In this document: piece by piece, positions 1 to 11,800 of the stretch
How positions within the stretch are numbered: position 1 is the stretch's first letter
Layout: each line of letters opens with the position of its first letter
Assembly: GCF_035084215.1 (NCBI RefSeq)
Contig: NC_090336.1
Coordinates: forward strand, 29,264,001 to 29,328,000
Direction of reading: 5' to 3'
Length of the DNA stretch: 64,000 bases
Source of the DNA: Heptranchias perlo
Lineage: Eukaryota
Notes under the pieces: model-generated
Databases searched by the model: none
What the model was told of the DNA's origin: nothing
Seen by the model: the letters and a program-made list of their open reading frames with translations, nothing else
Program-made: the position numbers and the translations under genes

Positions 1-242
1 TCATTATTGTTTTGTTCCATTGTGGAGGTTTTCTGTGATTCCACATGAATAGAATCAAACATTATAAACAGTATAAACCCCATAGTGTAGAGGAACAGAA
101 ACAGCAGTGATAATGCTATTGGCCAATATTTAAAGAATAAACAGGTATTCAGTTGAGCACGATGCAACTTTAACAAAGGAGAAGTGTCATTATTTCTAAG
201 ATGGCATCGCATTAAAGACCCTTAGAATAATGCAGAATTGTT
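1..242. repeat. Partial unit of the 1.48-kb tandem exon-array, continuing beyond the window start
   Basis: Colinear with 7945-8189 and equivalent parts of other units, ending ...taatgcagaattgtt just before the provirus. Confidence 0.93.
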
Positions 243-253
243 CCCCCTACAAA

Positions 254-272
254 TGGCGACCCAGATGGGACT
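254..272 (+). promoter_or_regulatory. Primer-binding site complementary to the 3' end of tRNA-Arg(CCG)
   Basis: TGGCGACCCAGATGGGACT, 2 nt after the LTR end, is the reverse complement of the vertebrate tRNA-Arg-CCG end ...AGTCCCATCTGGGTCG-CCA (tRNA sequence recalled from memory). Confidence 0.85.
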
Positions 273-324
273 TTGGCAAAAGGGATGTGACACATTGGAC
301 ACTGATTTGGAAGAGAGAACTGTA

Positions 325-2076
325 ATGGAAGAGAGGATTTCAGATTATGTGTTCAGTAAGGTGAATATGGAAAAAAAATGGGTCACTAATCTGTTAAAGG
401 CTGGGCGCCCGGTAGATGCTGCAGCGAAATGGACAGGAGGGAAGGATCATAAAAAATCCATAGAAAAGGCAGTCTGGCTGATGTGCTTCAAGAAACAGAT
501 CCAGCTTTTGGACAGGCTCGTTGAAGCAAAGGCAGCTGATATTCGGCAGTCAACTCTTGAAGTCCAAATAAAGGCCCTATCAGGGGAGAAGTTACTGTTA
601 GCATTGCAGACTCTGAACCAGGAAAGGGTGCAGTTAGTGGGGGAGCATAAGACCCAGCAGGAATATTTACAGTGTCAGGTCACTGAGGCCAAGAACAACG
701 AGCTGAGGTTGCGGGAAAAGAATGCCCGCCTAGCAAGTCAAGTAAGAGAGCAGGAGGAGAAAGTAAAAGGCTTACAGGCAGCCTTTAAGATAGTGAGCGC
801 ACAGAGGTTTGAAGATACAGACCATGGCCCCTGCCAGAAGCAGATAGAGAGTCTGAACCTTGCTCTAAGGACGGCAAAAGGCATGGTATGCCTCATAAGC
901 CCTAGTGCAGCCCAGGTCGACTTCACAGGGAACCTGGGGAGAACGGTTCAGACACCACAGGTAGTGCCAAGGGACGACCTGGTTGAGGAGCAGGAGGGCC
1001 CACGACCACCACCCGTAGCGCCAAGCTTTAGCGAAATCTGGCAGGAGAGGGGGGTGGAATTAGGGGCAGAAGCAGAGGAGGAAAACCCCCAGCAAGAGAG
1101 GCTGGGACCGGGGCCGATGTGCCCGGCCCGGCAGCAAAGGTTCGGCCCGCCAGCTGGTAACGGGGATGAGGGACCCCTCCAAAACCAGTTCGTAGTTCCC
1201 CACGGCACCCAACAGCTTTGGGCCATGGTAAGCCATTTAACTAAACTTGCTGCAAATGGGGACCCCTCAGTCCACTTCAGGGAAGTGGAACAAGCAGCAA
1301 GCATCAACGAGTGCAATGATGCTGAACAGGCCAAAATGCTGCTATTCTCCCTGGAGAGTCAGCTCTTTCAGTCCCTCTCTGACCAATGAAAGATGGGACA
1401 GTGTGATTATGGGGAGCTCAAGGAGGAAGTTCTTGAGGCCATGGGGATGAATGAGGGAAGTCCTTTCTCCCGGGTGGAAAAAACAGTGCAGCTCGTAGGA
1501 GAAACCCCGCAGGCTTTTGCAGACAGGTTGTGGCCGGTGTATAGGAGCGCATGCAGTGGGATGCCTAACCGGGCTAACCTGGACCAGGATCAGCGGGCCC
1601 ACTGGCTCCGTTGCCTGGTGGCAAACAGCTTGCCACAGTTCAGGGCCACGGCAGGAATGTGGTTTGACCCAAAGAGTCCCCTGACTACCGAACTCACAGT
1701 GGTCAGACAATTGACCATAGCTTACCGTAATGGTAAAGGAACCGATGCACACCCACCTAAAGGGAAAGTGCATGAAATGAAACCCGGCCAGGGTAGGAAG
1801 GAGTGGCATCAGGAAGGGAATAACCCTTCCAGCACAAAACTCAACTGTTATGGGTGTGGGAAGGATGGACACTGGAGGAAGGAGTGTAAGAATCCTTGGA
1901 AAGATAACAAGGGAAAGAATTCCTCAACCCCAGCCCAGAAGGCAGAGACAGGAATCCCTCCCGCCACGGTCGAGTCATTTTTGGATGCCATGAGAACCCT
2001 ATTGACTGGCCCAGGGAAGGTAGCAGCCACCACCGGCGCTCTGACCCCATCAGCCCTATCTAACCCACAACCCTGA
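325..2076 (+). pseudogene. gag: gag (coiled-coil N-terminus, capsid-like region, CCHC zinc knuckle) with an internal stop at 1387-1389
   Basis: ORFs 238-1389 and 1393-2076 are in the same frame; CYGCGKDGHWRKEC = CX2CX4HX4C. The start is uncertain (ATG 253 overlaps the PBS; ATG 325 has good Kozak context). Confidence 0.85.
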
Positions 2077-5000
2077 CTGGAGACAGCGCAGCCTGTTTAC
2101 CTGTGTTCCCTTACCTACGACTTATGGAAGAGACCCCTCGTTGAGATGGAGGTAGAAGAGGTAAAGGGGACCTATCTGTTGGACACGGGAGCATCATGTA
2201 CCGTGATCCATTCAGCTAACCCCACCACCTCACCTCTATCTAACGGGGTCCCATACAGTCTGTCGGGATTCACAGGTAAAGAACAGGCTGGCTCATTTTA
2301 CATCCCGCTGAACATTCGTTTAGGAACACTCCGCTCTAAGTGGGCCTGTGTCCTAATGAAGTGGGAAGTGGAGGGTGGAAAAGGGATCCTGGGAGCCGAC
2401 TTTATTGTAGGCCACGGGATCCTAGTGGATTTGAGGAATCACTGCCTGTGGGGAGCAAATACAGGAAAGGAAGGCGGAGTAGTAGTCATCCCAGGGAAAC
2501 AGGGGAAGGGGACCCTGTGCACCATGAAGCCTCAAGAGGGTTATAACCTCGAACTCATGGTCAGCAATACCCCAAGGGAGTTCCAGGCATTTGTGCGAGC
2601 CCACCTAGCCACATTTGCCACACACAAACACGACTGTGGGAGGGTCAACGGGTTCGAGGTCAGTGTAGACGGGGACCCTATGGCCCGACCACAAAAGCAA
2701 TATAACTTCCCCAGGGAAGCGGAGCCAGACATGGAAGCAGCCATGTCCTCTTTAGTGCAACAGGGCGTCCTGAGACCGATAGCCACCCACGTGAACTCTC
2801 CACTGTGGCCGGTTAGAAAACCGGACAACTCCTGGAGGGCCACAGTGGACTATCGGGTGCTCATCAGTAACATCACAGCCTGTGCACCCACGGTAGCAGC
2901 AGTTGCCGACCTGATAGGAAGTATCCCAGCATCCGCGACCACTTTCACGGTGCTGGATATCTCCAACGGGTTTTGGTCCATCCCTTTAAGGAGAGAGGAT
3001 CAGTACAAGTTTGCCTTTACCTTTAAAGGGCAACAGTACACCTGGAACTGTCTGCCTCAGGGCTTCCACAATAGCCCCAGCATTTTCCACCAATGCATGG
3101 CAAACAGTTTAAAGGGCTTCAGCCAGCCCAGGCAGCTGGTACAATACGTGGATGACCTGCTCCTATTCACCGATTCGAGAGAGGAGCATGGCCCACTTCT
3201 GGCCGAACTGCTGGAACTGCTCGGGCAGGAAGGTTTTAAAGTGAACCGAAAGAAAGCACAGATTGACCAGCAGGAGGTGAAATTCCTGGGCCTGACAATA
3301 CGCGCTGGGGAAAGGGCCATAGATAAAGCTAGAAGGGAATCAGTACAGGAGTTACCAGTCCCCAACACAGTCATGGGAGTGAGATCGTTTCTAGGGCTAA
3401 CTGGGTACTGTAGAGACTTCGTTGAGGACTATGTGGCCACAGCAGCCCCTCTGCTCCGACTCCTGCATAAGGGAGTGGAGTGGGTTTGGGATGAGGGTTG
3501 CCAGGCAGCATTTGTCAGGCTCAAGAAAGATCTGCAGACCGCACCAGCTCTAGGGGCCATAGATGGAGGGAAAGAGTTCTTACTGGAGGTAGCAGCCAGC
3601 GGGGACAGCCTGAGTGCTGTGCTGCTCCAAGAGCGGCATGGCAAGCTGAGACCGGTGGTCTACTCCTCCAGGATACTCACAGATGTGGAGAAGAGCTACT
3701 CCAATTGTGAAAGGCACCTCTTGGCCACATATTGGGCTGTGAAAAGATCGCTGATCTTCACAGGCACCTCTCCCATCACCCTCCTCACCCATCACATGCC
3801 CACCCAGATGCTCCTGGACGGGAGAATCAAGGATGGGACAGTGAGCAGTGCCCGCATTGCTCGCTGGACCCTGCTTCTCTCACAGATGGACCTGAAAGTA
3901 AAAGGGCTCTGCGAGTCAAAGCTCGCAGCTAACCTGATATATCCTGGAACAGCCCACCGGTGTTCCATAGAAGGGGTTTGGGAAGTAAACATAGGTTTAC
4001 GGGCCGGGATACACCCCACAGGCCGTGAAATCTATGTGGATGGCTCCAGCACAGTATCTGCTGGTGAGCGACTCACAGGGTGTGGAGTTTATGACCCAGC
4101 GGCAAACCTTGCCCTGGCAATTAAGCTCCCCAGCACCATGAGCGCCCAGCAGGCTGGACTGTCCGCGGTAGTGTACGTGGTTACACACCCCGAGATCTTC
4201 CCCACCCCATACACGATTTGCTCGGACAGCATGTTCACATGCAATTCGTGTACAGAGTACCTGGCCATCTGGTCCCGCCGCGGATACACCTCCGCTGACG
4301 GGAGACCCCTCACAGTGAAACCCTTGCTGGAGAAAATCTTAGCAGCAGTGGGGGAGGAAGGGGAGGTTTTCATCCATAAGGTGAAAGCCCATTCCTCCGC
4401 AGAACCCCGGAGTGAGAGCAACCGGCAGGCCGACGTGCTAGCTAAGGAGGGTGCCCGCACAGGCACTTTCTGGGACCCATTTGGGTCCCGTCCTATAGCA
4501 GCAGTCACGGGTAGGAATGGGACACAGGGGAGTGCAGGGGTAGCTTTAACCCCGGACCTTAAGACGGTCCAAACCCAAGACCCCGTCCTCAAGGCAGTCC
4601 TCAGTGCAGTGGCAGAAGGGAAAAGGGTAGAGGGCCCTTACAGCACAGCAGTCCTCTCTGTAAAGGAGGGCATGCTGTTTAAGGGAGAGCAATGGGTTGT
4701 ACCGCAGCAGCACAGGAGGGAATTCCTTCAACTGGCCCATGAGGGTCCCGGAGCGGGGCATCCCGGGCCTGAGACCACCTGGCAGCGGGTGGAACAGGCA
4801 GGATGGTGGCCAGGACTCAGGGAAGATGTCCGCGAGTTCTGTGCCAGCTGTCTGGTGTGTGCTGCTAACAACCCTGACCCCCACAAAAGGAAAGTACCTA
4901 TGGGACACATCAGGAGGGTAGAGGGACCATGGCAGTCGATCCAGGTCCACTACATCGGGCCCCTACCCACCGCCCAGGGAGGCTATAAGTACTGCCTAGT

Positions 5001-5967
5001 CCTGGTGGATGTGTTCACAAAGTGGGTAGAAGCCTTCCCTTGTCAAACAGCCACGGCTATGAGTACAGCCAGGATCCTGGTCAGGGAGGTGTTCTCACGA
5101 TGGGGGCTACCACAGTACGTGGAGTCCGACCAAGGGAGCCACTTTACCGGGCAGGTCATGCAGAATACCCTTATGGTACTTGGCATAAAGGGGAAATGGC
5201 ACGTTGCACACAACCCACAGTCCTCAGGGATTGTAGAGAGGATGAACAGAACCTTGAAAGAAAGGCTGAGGAAAGAGACGGTAGACTCACCTAGAAAGTG
5301 GGTAGAAGTCTTACCGTTGGTCCTAATGGGGATCCGAGCCAGCCAGTCAAAAAGCACGGGGTATTCCCCACACGAGCTCATGACTGGTAGGGTTATGCGG
5401 ACCCCCACCCATGTGCTAGCCCCGGTGCTCACGGAGGGTCAGCTCAGAGAGGTGAACCGGGACAGCTTCGTCTGGAATCTGTTTGAACATCTTAAACAGG
5501 TTCACTGGCAGGCTGCTAGCAACATGGGAAAACAGCATCGGAGTAACCGACTGCTGTTAGAACCCCGTACGCACCACGAGTGGGAGATAGGGTATCAGGT
5601 TATGGTTAGGAATTTTGCTCGGGTAGGCAGTCTAGAACCATTATACATGGGGCCCTACAGCATTGTAGATAAGGCAAGCCCCATGGTATACGCCATAAAG
5701 CTGCCTAGGCGCACCAAATGGTTCCACATTAACCAATGTAAGTTGTTTAAATCGGAGAGAAGGGAACAGCCAGTTGGGGCAAGGCAAGGTCTGAGGATAA
5801 AAATCCTCAGCCCGCAGCAGGAGCAAACTCACAGACTGCACAAGCGGGTGCAATTACTTGTTTTAAGGGAAGGGCCATCCCACCCACCGTTTGGGACACT
5901 CCCCCGCTCATCTGGGACTCAGACGAGGTGGGACCTGAGGGCAGAGAGTTACCTGCCCCTGACATAG
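2077..5967 (+). CDS. pol: pol polyprotein: protease, RT, degenerate RNase H (tether), second RNase H, integrase
   Basis: LLDTGA (PR); LPQGF...YVDD (RT); LEVAAS...YSNCERHLLA (first RH lacking the catalytic Asp); IYVDGSS...CSDS...HKVKAHS...RQAD (second RH); H-H-C-C zinc finger, ESDQG and SSGIVERMN (IN). The frame is open from 2077 and matches gag. Confidence 0.93.
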   Translation: METAQPVYLCSLTYDLWKRPLVEMEVEEVKGTYLLDTGASCTVIHSANPTTSPLSNGVPYSLSGFTGKEQAGSFYIPLNIRLGTLRSKWACVLMKWEVEGGKGILGADFIVGHGILVDLRNHCLWGANTGKEGGVVVIPGKQGKGTLCTMKPQEGYNLELMVSNTPREFQAFVRAHLATFATHKHDCGRVNGFEVSVDGDPMARPQKQYNFPREAEPDMEAAMSSLVQQGVLRPIATHVNSPLWPVRKPDNSWRATVDYRVLISNITACAPTVAAVADLIGSIPASATTFTVLDISNGFWSIPLRREDQYKFAFTFKGQQYTWNCLPQGFHNSPSIFHQCMANSLKGFSQPRQLVQYVDDLLLFTDSREEHGPLLAELLELLGQEGFKVNRKKAQIDQQEVKFLGLTIRAGERAIDKARRESVQELPVPNTVMGVRSFLGLTGYCRDFVEDYVATAAPLLRLLHKGVEWVWDEGCQAAFVRLKKDLQTAPALGAIDGGKEFLLEVAASGDSLSAVLLQERHGKLRPVVYSSRILTDVEKSYSNCERHLLATYWAVKRSLIFTGTSPITLLTHHMPTQMLLDGRIKDGTVSSARIARWTLLLSQMDLKVKGLCESKLAANLIYPGTAHRCSIEGVWEVNIGLRAGIHPTGREIYVDGSSTVSAGERLTGCGVYDPAANLALAIKLPSTMSAQQAGLSAVVYVVTHPEIFPTPYTICSDSMFTCNSCTEYLAIWSRRGYTSADGRPLTVKPLLEKILAAVGEEGEVFIHKVKAHSSAEPRSESNRQADVLAKEGARTGTFWDPFGSRPIAAVTGRNGTQGSAGVALTPDLKTVQTQDPVLKAVLSAVAEGKRVEGPYSTAVLSVKEGMLFKGEQWVVPQQHRREFLQLAHEGPGAGHPGPETTWQRVEQAGWWPGLREDVREFCASCLVCAANNPDPHKRKVPMGHIRRVEGPWQSIQVHYIGPLPTAQGGYKYCLVLVDVFTKWVEAFPCQTATAMSTARILVREVFSRWGLPQYVESDQGSHFTGQVMQNTLMVLGIKGKWHVAHNPQSSGIVERMNRTLKERLRKETVDSPRKWVEVLPLVLMGIRASQSKSTGYSPHELMTGRVMRTPTHVLAPVLTEGQLREVNRDSFVWNLFEHLKQVHWQAASNMGKQHRSNRLLLEPRTHHEWEIGYQVMVRNFARVGSLEPLYMGPYSIVDKASPMVYAIKLPRRTKWFHINQCKLFKSERREQPVGARQGLRIKILSPQQEQTHRLHKRVQLLVLREGPSHPPFGTLPRSSGTQTRWDLRAESYLPLT

Positions 5968-6667
5968 GTTTAGAAGAGGTACAGCCTGAGGACAGAAATC
6001 CCCAGCCAGCGGCAGTGGAGATTCCACAGACCGCACAAGAGGGGACAGTGACTCGAGTTAAAGACTCACCAGCCAGAAAACCCCGACCAGCCAGAATCCC
6101 TAGAAGGCCCCCACGAACACCACGGCCAAAGAAACCGTGGTCACCGGCTCCCCAGTTTAAAAGGGCAGCCCCTCAAGTCAGGGATCGATCTGAGCACAGG
6201 GGTCCCCAGCCAGCAGCCGCAGGTTGCGAGGGACCAAAGGTACAGGACAGGGCAGCCACACCGAAGGGAGTAGTGTGTTGTAACCCGAACAGGGATTAGC
6301 CTGGCCGCCCGGGGACGGGCGGCGGATGTACAGAGCTTCTGTTATTTAATTTTGAGATTGTTAAGTTTGGGTGTTTTAGTTAAATTTTATACAAGGTGGT
6401 TGGTAGTTTAAGTATTATTGTTTACCGTGTATTACTTTTTCTATGTATGTACCGTATTTTCCAAGTGGTGCAGGGGTGTTGGACCCCCTCCGTGCTTGGA
6501 TATGAATGTAACTGAATTCTTACCTGTGTCTGCATCTGAACAGAATGTATGTTTTGGGTCTTAGATAGGTAAACTACAGGGGAAGGTTGGCTCTCGAGGA
6601 TCGAGAATTTTGCTCACCTTTGACCAGTATGAGACTTGAAGCAAGGTTAAAGTATCACAGGGGGGAG

Positions 6668-7851
6668 TGTAAGATTCTCAAAATTCACAGATCCCCCAGA
6701 GAAAAACCCTAAAGAAATTCACCTTTACCCTGAGTATGGGAAAACTTTGGCCATTGACTATCATCCTTAAATGGAAGGATAGTTGAGAGGTCACCAGACG
6801 AAATCAACAACACACACACCGTGGAACTTCGGAGAATTAATGCTTCAGACATGACTCTGTTTTAATGTAAAATCGACAGCAGGTGGTCGACACTCAGCAC
6901 GAATTCAAAAGGCCGTCTCCCATTGAAAGAGATAACTGTTCCAGACATGGTGGGGCCATTCCTTTGTTTAAAGCAAAACCATCAACACCTAGGACGTTGG
7001 ATACAAAAGGAAGCCTTATGTGACAAGCTCCAAATCAGAATTAAAACAATGACACATTGGGAGAAGCAATTTGCAATATGATTGGGACCATCAAAAGGCC
7101 ATCAAAGAACTTTGTATGAACTGTTTAAACAGACCATTGTAAGAGAGACAGCCACAAGGCAAAAGCTCTCTCTCTCTCTCTGGCTTGCTGGCTCTGATGG
7201 GCTGCTTGTGTTGGTTCTGCCTGTGTCTGGAAAGAAGAGCAGTTTGCAGTTTCCAGCAGACAACAAGGAAAGCAGTTCGACAGGGAAGGGCAGCAGCTCT
7301 AGAAGCTGGCCGAAAAACAAGAAGAGACCAGAGCAACAGCCCCAGTGACCGTCAGACACCTCGCGGCAACAAGGGCCTTACGAAACAACCAACCGAATAT
7401 TACCACCAACAAACCGGGTGATATTGAGCCACTGCGACCAAAGAAAACCAACTCGGGAGAAAACCGAAGATCCGCAAAGTTGCCACTCTACAATCTATTT
7501 CTGACTTACCTCTGGGTGAATTACTGTCAAGGTTTCGTTTGGTGAGAATTATCCCTGGTCTTTTAGAGTCCAACCCAGCTAGTACAGTGGGATTGGGAGG
7601 GGTGAGGTGTCCTTCTACTGTAATTTCCCTCGCGTGTACTGTAGTGTTCCCCATTTTATTAGAGTGTAAAGATTGTTGTGTTGTATTTCCTCTCTTGAAT
7701 AAAGGTCAAAGTTTCTTGCACCAAAATCAGTTGTCTGCTGCACTTTGTCACAACCCCCAAATAAGTCCAAGGTCTAGAACCCAGGGAGTGGGAGCGATTC
7801 GGACCGCTCAGAAGTCAGAGGTGAAGCTGACACACACCACCACCCCCTACA
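6668..7851 (+). repeat. 3' LTR (1184 bp)
   Basis: Starts TGTAAG directly after the purine tract, ends CCCCCTACA, has AATAAA at 7698-7703, and matches the inverted solo copy at 56231-57399. Confidence 0.93.
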
Positions 7852-7903
7852 TTCTTTATTAATCCCACCTTCTCTTTTTGAAATTTGATCCTTTGAGACT
7901 CAC

Positions 7904-7984
7904 CTCCTTCTTTGCGTTGATCATCTGCACCTTGCTCTATATTCCCAGTATTGTTTTGTTCTATTGGGGAGGTTTTCTGTGATT
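7904..7984 (-). CDS. Candidate tail exon type B (81 bp, phase 1/1; ESQKTSPIEQNNTGNIEQGADDQRKEG); representative copy
   Basis: Pyrimidine-rich tract plus AG, and donor G|GTGAGT. Other copies: 9381-9461, 10861-10941, 12338-12418, 13818-13898, 15295-15375, 16771-16848 (78 bp), 18237-18317. Confidence 0.55.
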
Positions 7985-8697
7985 CTCCATGAATAGAATA
8001 AAACACGATAAACAGTATAAACCCCATAGTGTAGAGGAACAGAAACAGAAGTGATAATGCTATTGGCCAATATTTAAAGAATAAACAGGTATTGCATTGT
8101 TGAGCACGATGCAACTTTAACGAAGGAGAAGTGTCATTATTTCTAAGATGGCATCGCATTAAAGACCCTTAGAATAATGCAGAATTGTTTCTCAGTGAGA
8201 ACACTTACTGCTCGTAGGCTTCTCTCGCTTCCCTGAATTTACCTCAGTCAACCGGCTTCAAATAATATTGGTGTAATTGCACAACTTGGTTATTCAAGTG
8301 CTCCAGTCAAGTTCCAGCACAATATTTGATTCTGATCCAATCATTGTGCACATACTGTACTTTTATGTAAGGATACATCAGTGGAGTTACCAGAAGAAAA
8401 TTACATCAATTCTGAATTTGAGAAAAGAGGAGATTCCTCTTGTCTGAATACGATGGCTCCTGTAACAATGCATCTTTCCATCAATAATGTACCGGGGTGT
8501 CAGTCAAGATCTATGCACACGTACGGAACAGGTCTTCAACACACTACCTTCTGACTGAGGGGCAAGAGTGCTGAATGAATCAACTAATATTTCCAGGAAT
8601 TTGGGAAGTCACACTGTGCAGACTTCATTTCCTGGACTACAAACAATTATTTTCTTCACTTTCAACATTAGATAAGATGTATCACCAAGTTTATTAC

Positions 8698-8811
8698 CTC
8701 CACCATCCTTTACACTTGTCTTTTGTTGTTCCTCAGTGCTTTGTGGATCAGGGTCAGTTTGTGCTGCCTTTTCTCCATCATCTGTTCCTCTTGTGTCCTT
8801 TGGCGTTGACA
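8698..8811 (-). CDS. Candidate tail exon type A (114 bp, phase 1/1; VSTPKDTRGTDDGEKAAQTDPDPQSTEEQQKTSVKDGG); representative copy
   Basis: Acceptor ttcctttgtttgagcgcag| and donor G|GTAATA. Other copies: 10175-10288, 11655-11768, 13132-13245, 14612-14725, 16088-16201, 17551-17664, all open and 114 bp. Confidence 0.6.
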
Positions 8812-11800
8812 CTGCGCTCAAACAAAGGAACGAACTTTCAGTTTTAATATTTCAATGGCTTTGAGCCAAGAAACCTCAACCCATTCAGACAATCTGAATT
8901 TTAGCTTCTGAAGTCCTGTAGTATTGCTGCACCAGTGGGAAAGCAGGGGAGAGGACACTTTATTCGCCTGAACAGACAATTTCAGACCCTGCCCCAGATG
9001 CCAGGGACAGGGGTTATCTGCATGGATGGGGAAGGCCACTGGAGGCTGCAAGGGTGCATGAGCAACACCCGCCCCGACATTGGCTCTGAACCGTGGAGTG
9101 GCGCCATTTCACTCCAGGGATAATAGAGGGAGCAAAAGTAGGACCCAATGAACAGGGTCATTTTTTTCATCATGGCTCTCAGTGTATTAAGGGATACAAT
9201 TTTAAAAGGGAATCATTCGCCTTTGGGATCAATTAGCTTTCTCTAACTGTAACACTTTCCTACATGTCTCACTTAAATAAGTGATGACATTGTTTTCTTT
9301 GGTCTATTACTTTTCCCAACATATTGTCTTCTTTATTAATCCCACCTTCTCTTTTTGAAATTTGATCCTTTGAGACTCACCTCCTTCTTTGCATTGATCA
9401 TCCGCACCTTGCTCTGTATTCCCAGTATTGTTTTGTTCTATTGGGGAGGTTTTCTGTGATTCTACATGAATAGAATAAAACACGATAAACAGTATAAACC
9501 CCATAGTGTAGAGGAACAGAAACAGAAGTGATAATGCTATTGGCCAATATTTAAAGAATAAACAGGTATTGCATTGTTGAGCACGATGCAACTTTAACGA
9601 AGGAGAAGTGTCATTATTTCTAAGATGGCATCGCATTAAAGACCCTTAGAATAATGCAGAATTGTTTCTCAGTCAGAACACTAACTGCTCGTAGGCTTCT
9701 CTCGCTTCCCTGAATTTACCTCAGCCAACCAGCTTCAAATAACATTGGCGTAATTGCACAACTTGGTTATTCAAGTGCTCCAGTCATGTTCCAGCACAAT
9801 ATTTGATTCTGATCCAATCATTGTGCACATACTGTACTTTTATGTAAGGATACATCAGTGGAGTTACCAGAAGAAAATTACATCAATTCTGAATTTGAGA
9901 AAAGAGGAGATTCCTCTTGTCTGAACACGATGGCTCCTGTAACAATGCATCTCTCCATCAATAATGTACTGGGGTGTCAGTCCAGATCTATGCACAAGTA
10001 CGGAACAGGACTTCAATACACTACCATCTGACTGAGGGGCAAGAGTGCTGAATGAATCAACTAATATTTCCAGGAATTTGGGAAGTCACACTGTGCAGAC
10101 TTCATTTCTTGGACTACAAACAATTATTTTCTTCACTTTCAACATTAGATAATGTGTTTCACCAAGTTTATTACCTCCACCATCCATAACACGTGTCTTT
10201 TGTTGTTTCTCAGTGATGTTTGGATCAGGGTCAGTTTGTGCTGCCTTATCTCCATCATCTGTTCCTCTTGTGCCCTCGCAAATTGACACTGCGCTCAAAC
10301 AAACGAAACAACTTTCAGCTTTAATATTTCAAAGGCTTTGAGACAAGAAACCTCAACCCATTCAGACAATCTGAATTTTAACTCCTGAAGTCCTGTTGCA
10401 TTGCTGCACCAGTTGGAAAGCAGGGGAGAGGACACTTTATTCGCCTGAACAGACAATTTCAGACCCTGCCCCAGATGCCAGGGACAGGGGTTATCTGCAT
10501 GGATGGGGAAGGCCACTGGAGGCTGCAAGGGTGCATGAGCAACACCCGCCCCGACATTGGCTCTGAACCGTTGGGTGGCACCATTTCACTCCACGGATAA
10601 TAGAGGGAGCAAAAGTAGGACCCAATGAACAGGGTCATTTTTTTTCATCTTTGGCTCTCAGTGTATTAAGGGATACAATTTTAAAAGGGAATCATTCGCC
10701 TTTGGGATCAATTAGCTTTCTCTAACTGTAACACTTTCCTACATGTCTCACTTAAATAAGTGATGACATTGTTTCCTGTGGTCTAATACTTTTCCCAACA
10801 TATTATCCTCTTTATTAATCCCACCTTCAGTTCTTTGCTTATTGTTCTTTTGAGACTCACCTCCTGCTTTGCATTGATCATCTGCACCTTGCTCTGTATT
10901 CCCAGTATTGTTTTGTTCTATTGGGGAGATTTTCTGTGATTCTCCATGAATAGAATAAAACACTATAAACAGTATAAACCCCATAGTGTAGAGGAACAGA
11001 AACAGAAGTGATAATGCTATTGGCCAATATTTAAAGAATAAACAGGTATTGCATTGTTGAGCACGATGCAACTTTAACGAAGGAGAAGTGTCATTATTTC
11101 TAAGATGGCATCGCATTAAAGACCCTTAAAATAATTCAGACTTGTTTCTCAGTGAGGTTACTATCTGCTCGTAGGCTTTTCTCGGTTCCCTGAATTTACC
11201 TCAGTCAACCAGCTTCAAATAATATTGGCGTAATTGCACAACTTGGTTATTCAAGTGCTCCAGTCAAGTTCCAGCACAATATTTGATTCTGATCCAATCA
11301 TTGTGCACATACTGTACTTTTATGTAAGGATACATCAGTGGAGTTACCAGAAGAAAATTACATCAATTCTGAATTTGAGAAAAGAGGAGATTCCTCTTGT
11401 CTGAATACGATGGCTCCTGTAACAATGCATCTTTCCATCAATAATGTACCGGGGTGTCAGTCAAGATCTATGCACACGTACGGAACAGGTCTTCAACACA
11501 CTACCTTCTGACTGAGGGGCAAGAGTGCTGAATGAATCAACTAATATTTCCAGGAATTTGGGAAGTCACACTGTGCAGACTTCATTTCCTGGACTACAAA
11601 CAATTATTTTCTTCACTTTCAACATTAGATAAGATGTATCACCAAGTTTATTACCTCCACCATCCTTTACACTTGTCTTTTGTTGTTCCTCAGTGCTTTG
11701 TGGATCAGGGTCAGTTTGTGCTGCCTTTTCTCCATCATCTGTTCCTCTTGTGTCCTTTGGCGTTGACACTGCGCTCAAACAAAGGAACGAACTTTCAGTT

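Larger units (their letters stand above)
243..7851 (+). mobile_element. Lokiretrovirus-like endogenous LTR retroelement; env-less, 5' LTR reduced to 9 bp
   Basis: Order: LTR end remnant CCCCCTACA (243-251), PBS (254-272), gag, in-frame TGA, pol (PR-RT-RH-RH-IN), PPT AGGGGGGAG, then a full TG...CA LTR at 6668-7851. Confidence 0.9.

Noticed and set aside
1387-1389. Second programmed read-through inside gag
   Set aside because: Mid-capsid TGA followed by A is more simply a nonsense mutation; other inactivating changes exist in pol.
8612-8618. RSS heptamer CACAGTG (minus strand) in most array units, suggesting RAG-rearranging segments
   Set aside because: No ACAAAAACC-like nonamer at 12 or 23 bp, and no V/D/J-like coding segments adjacent.
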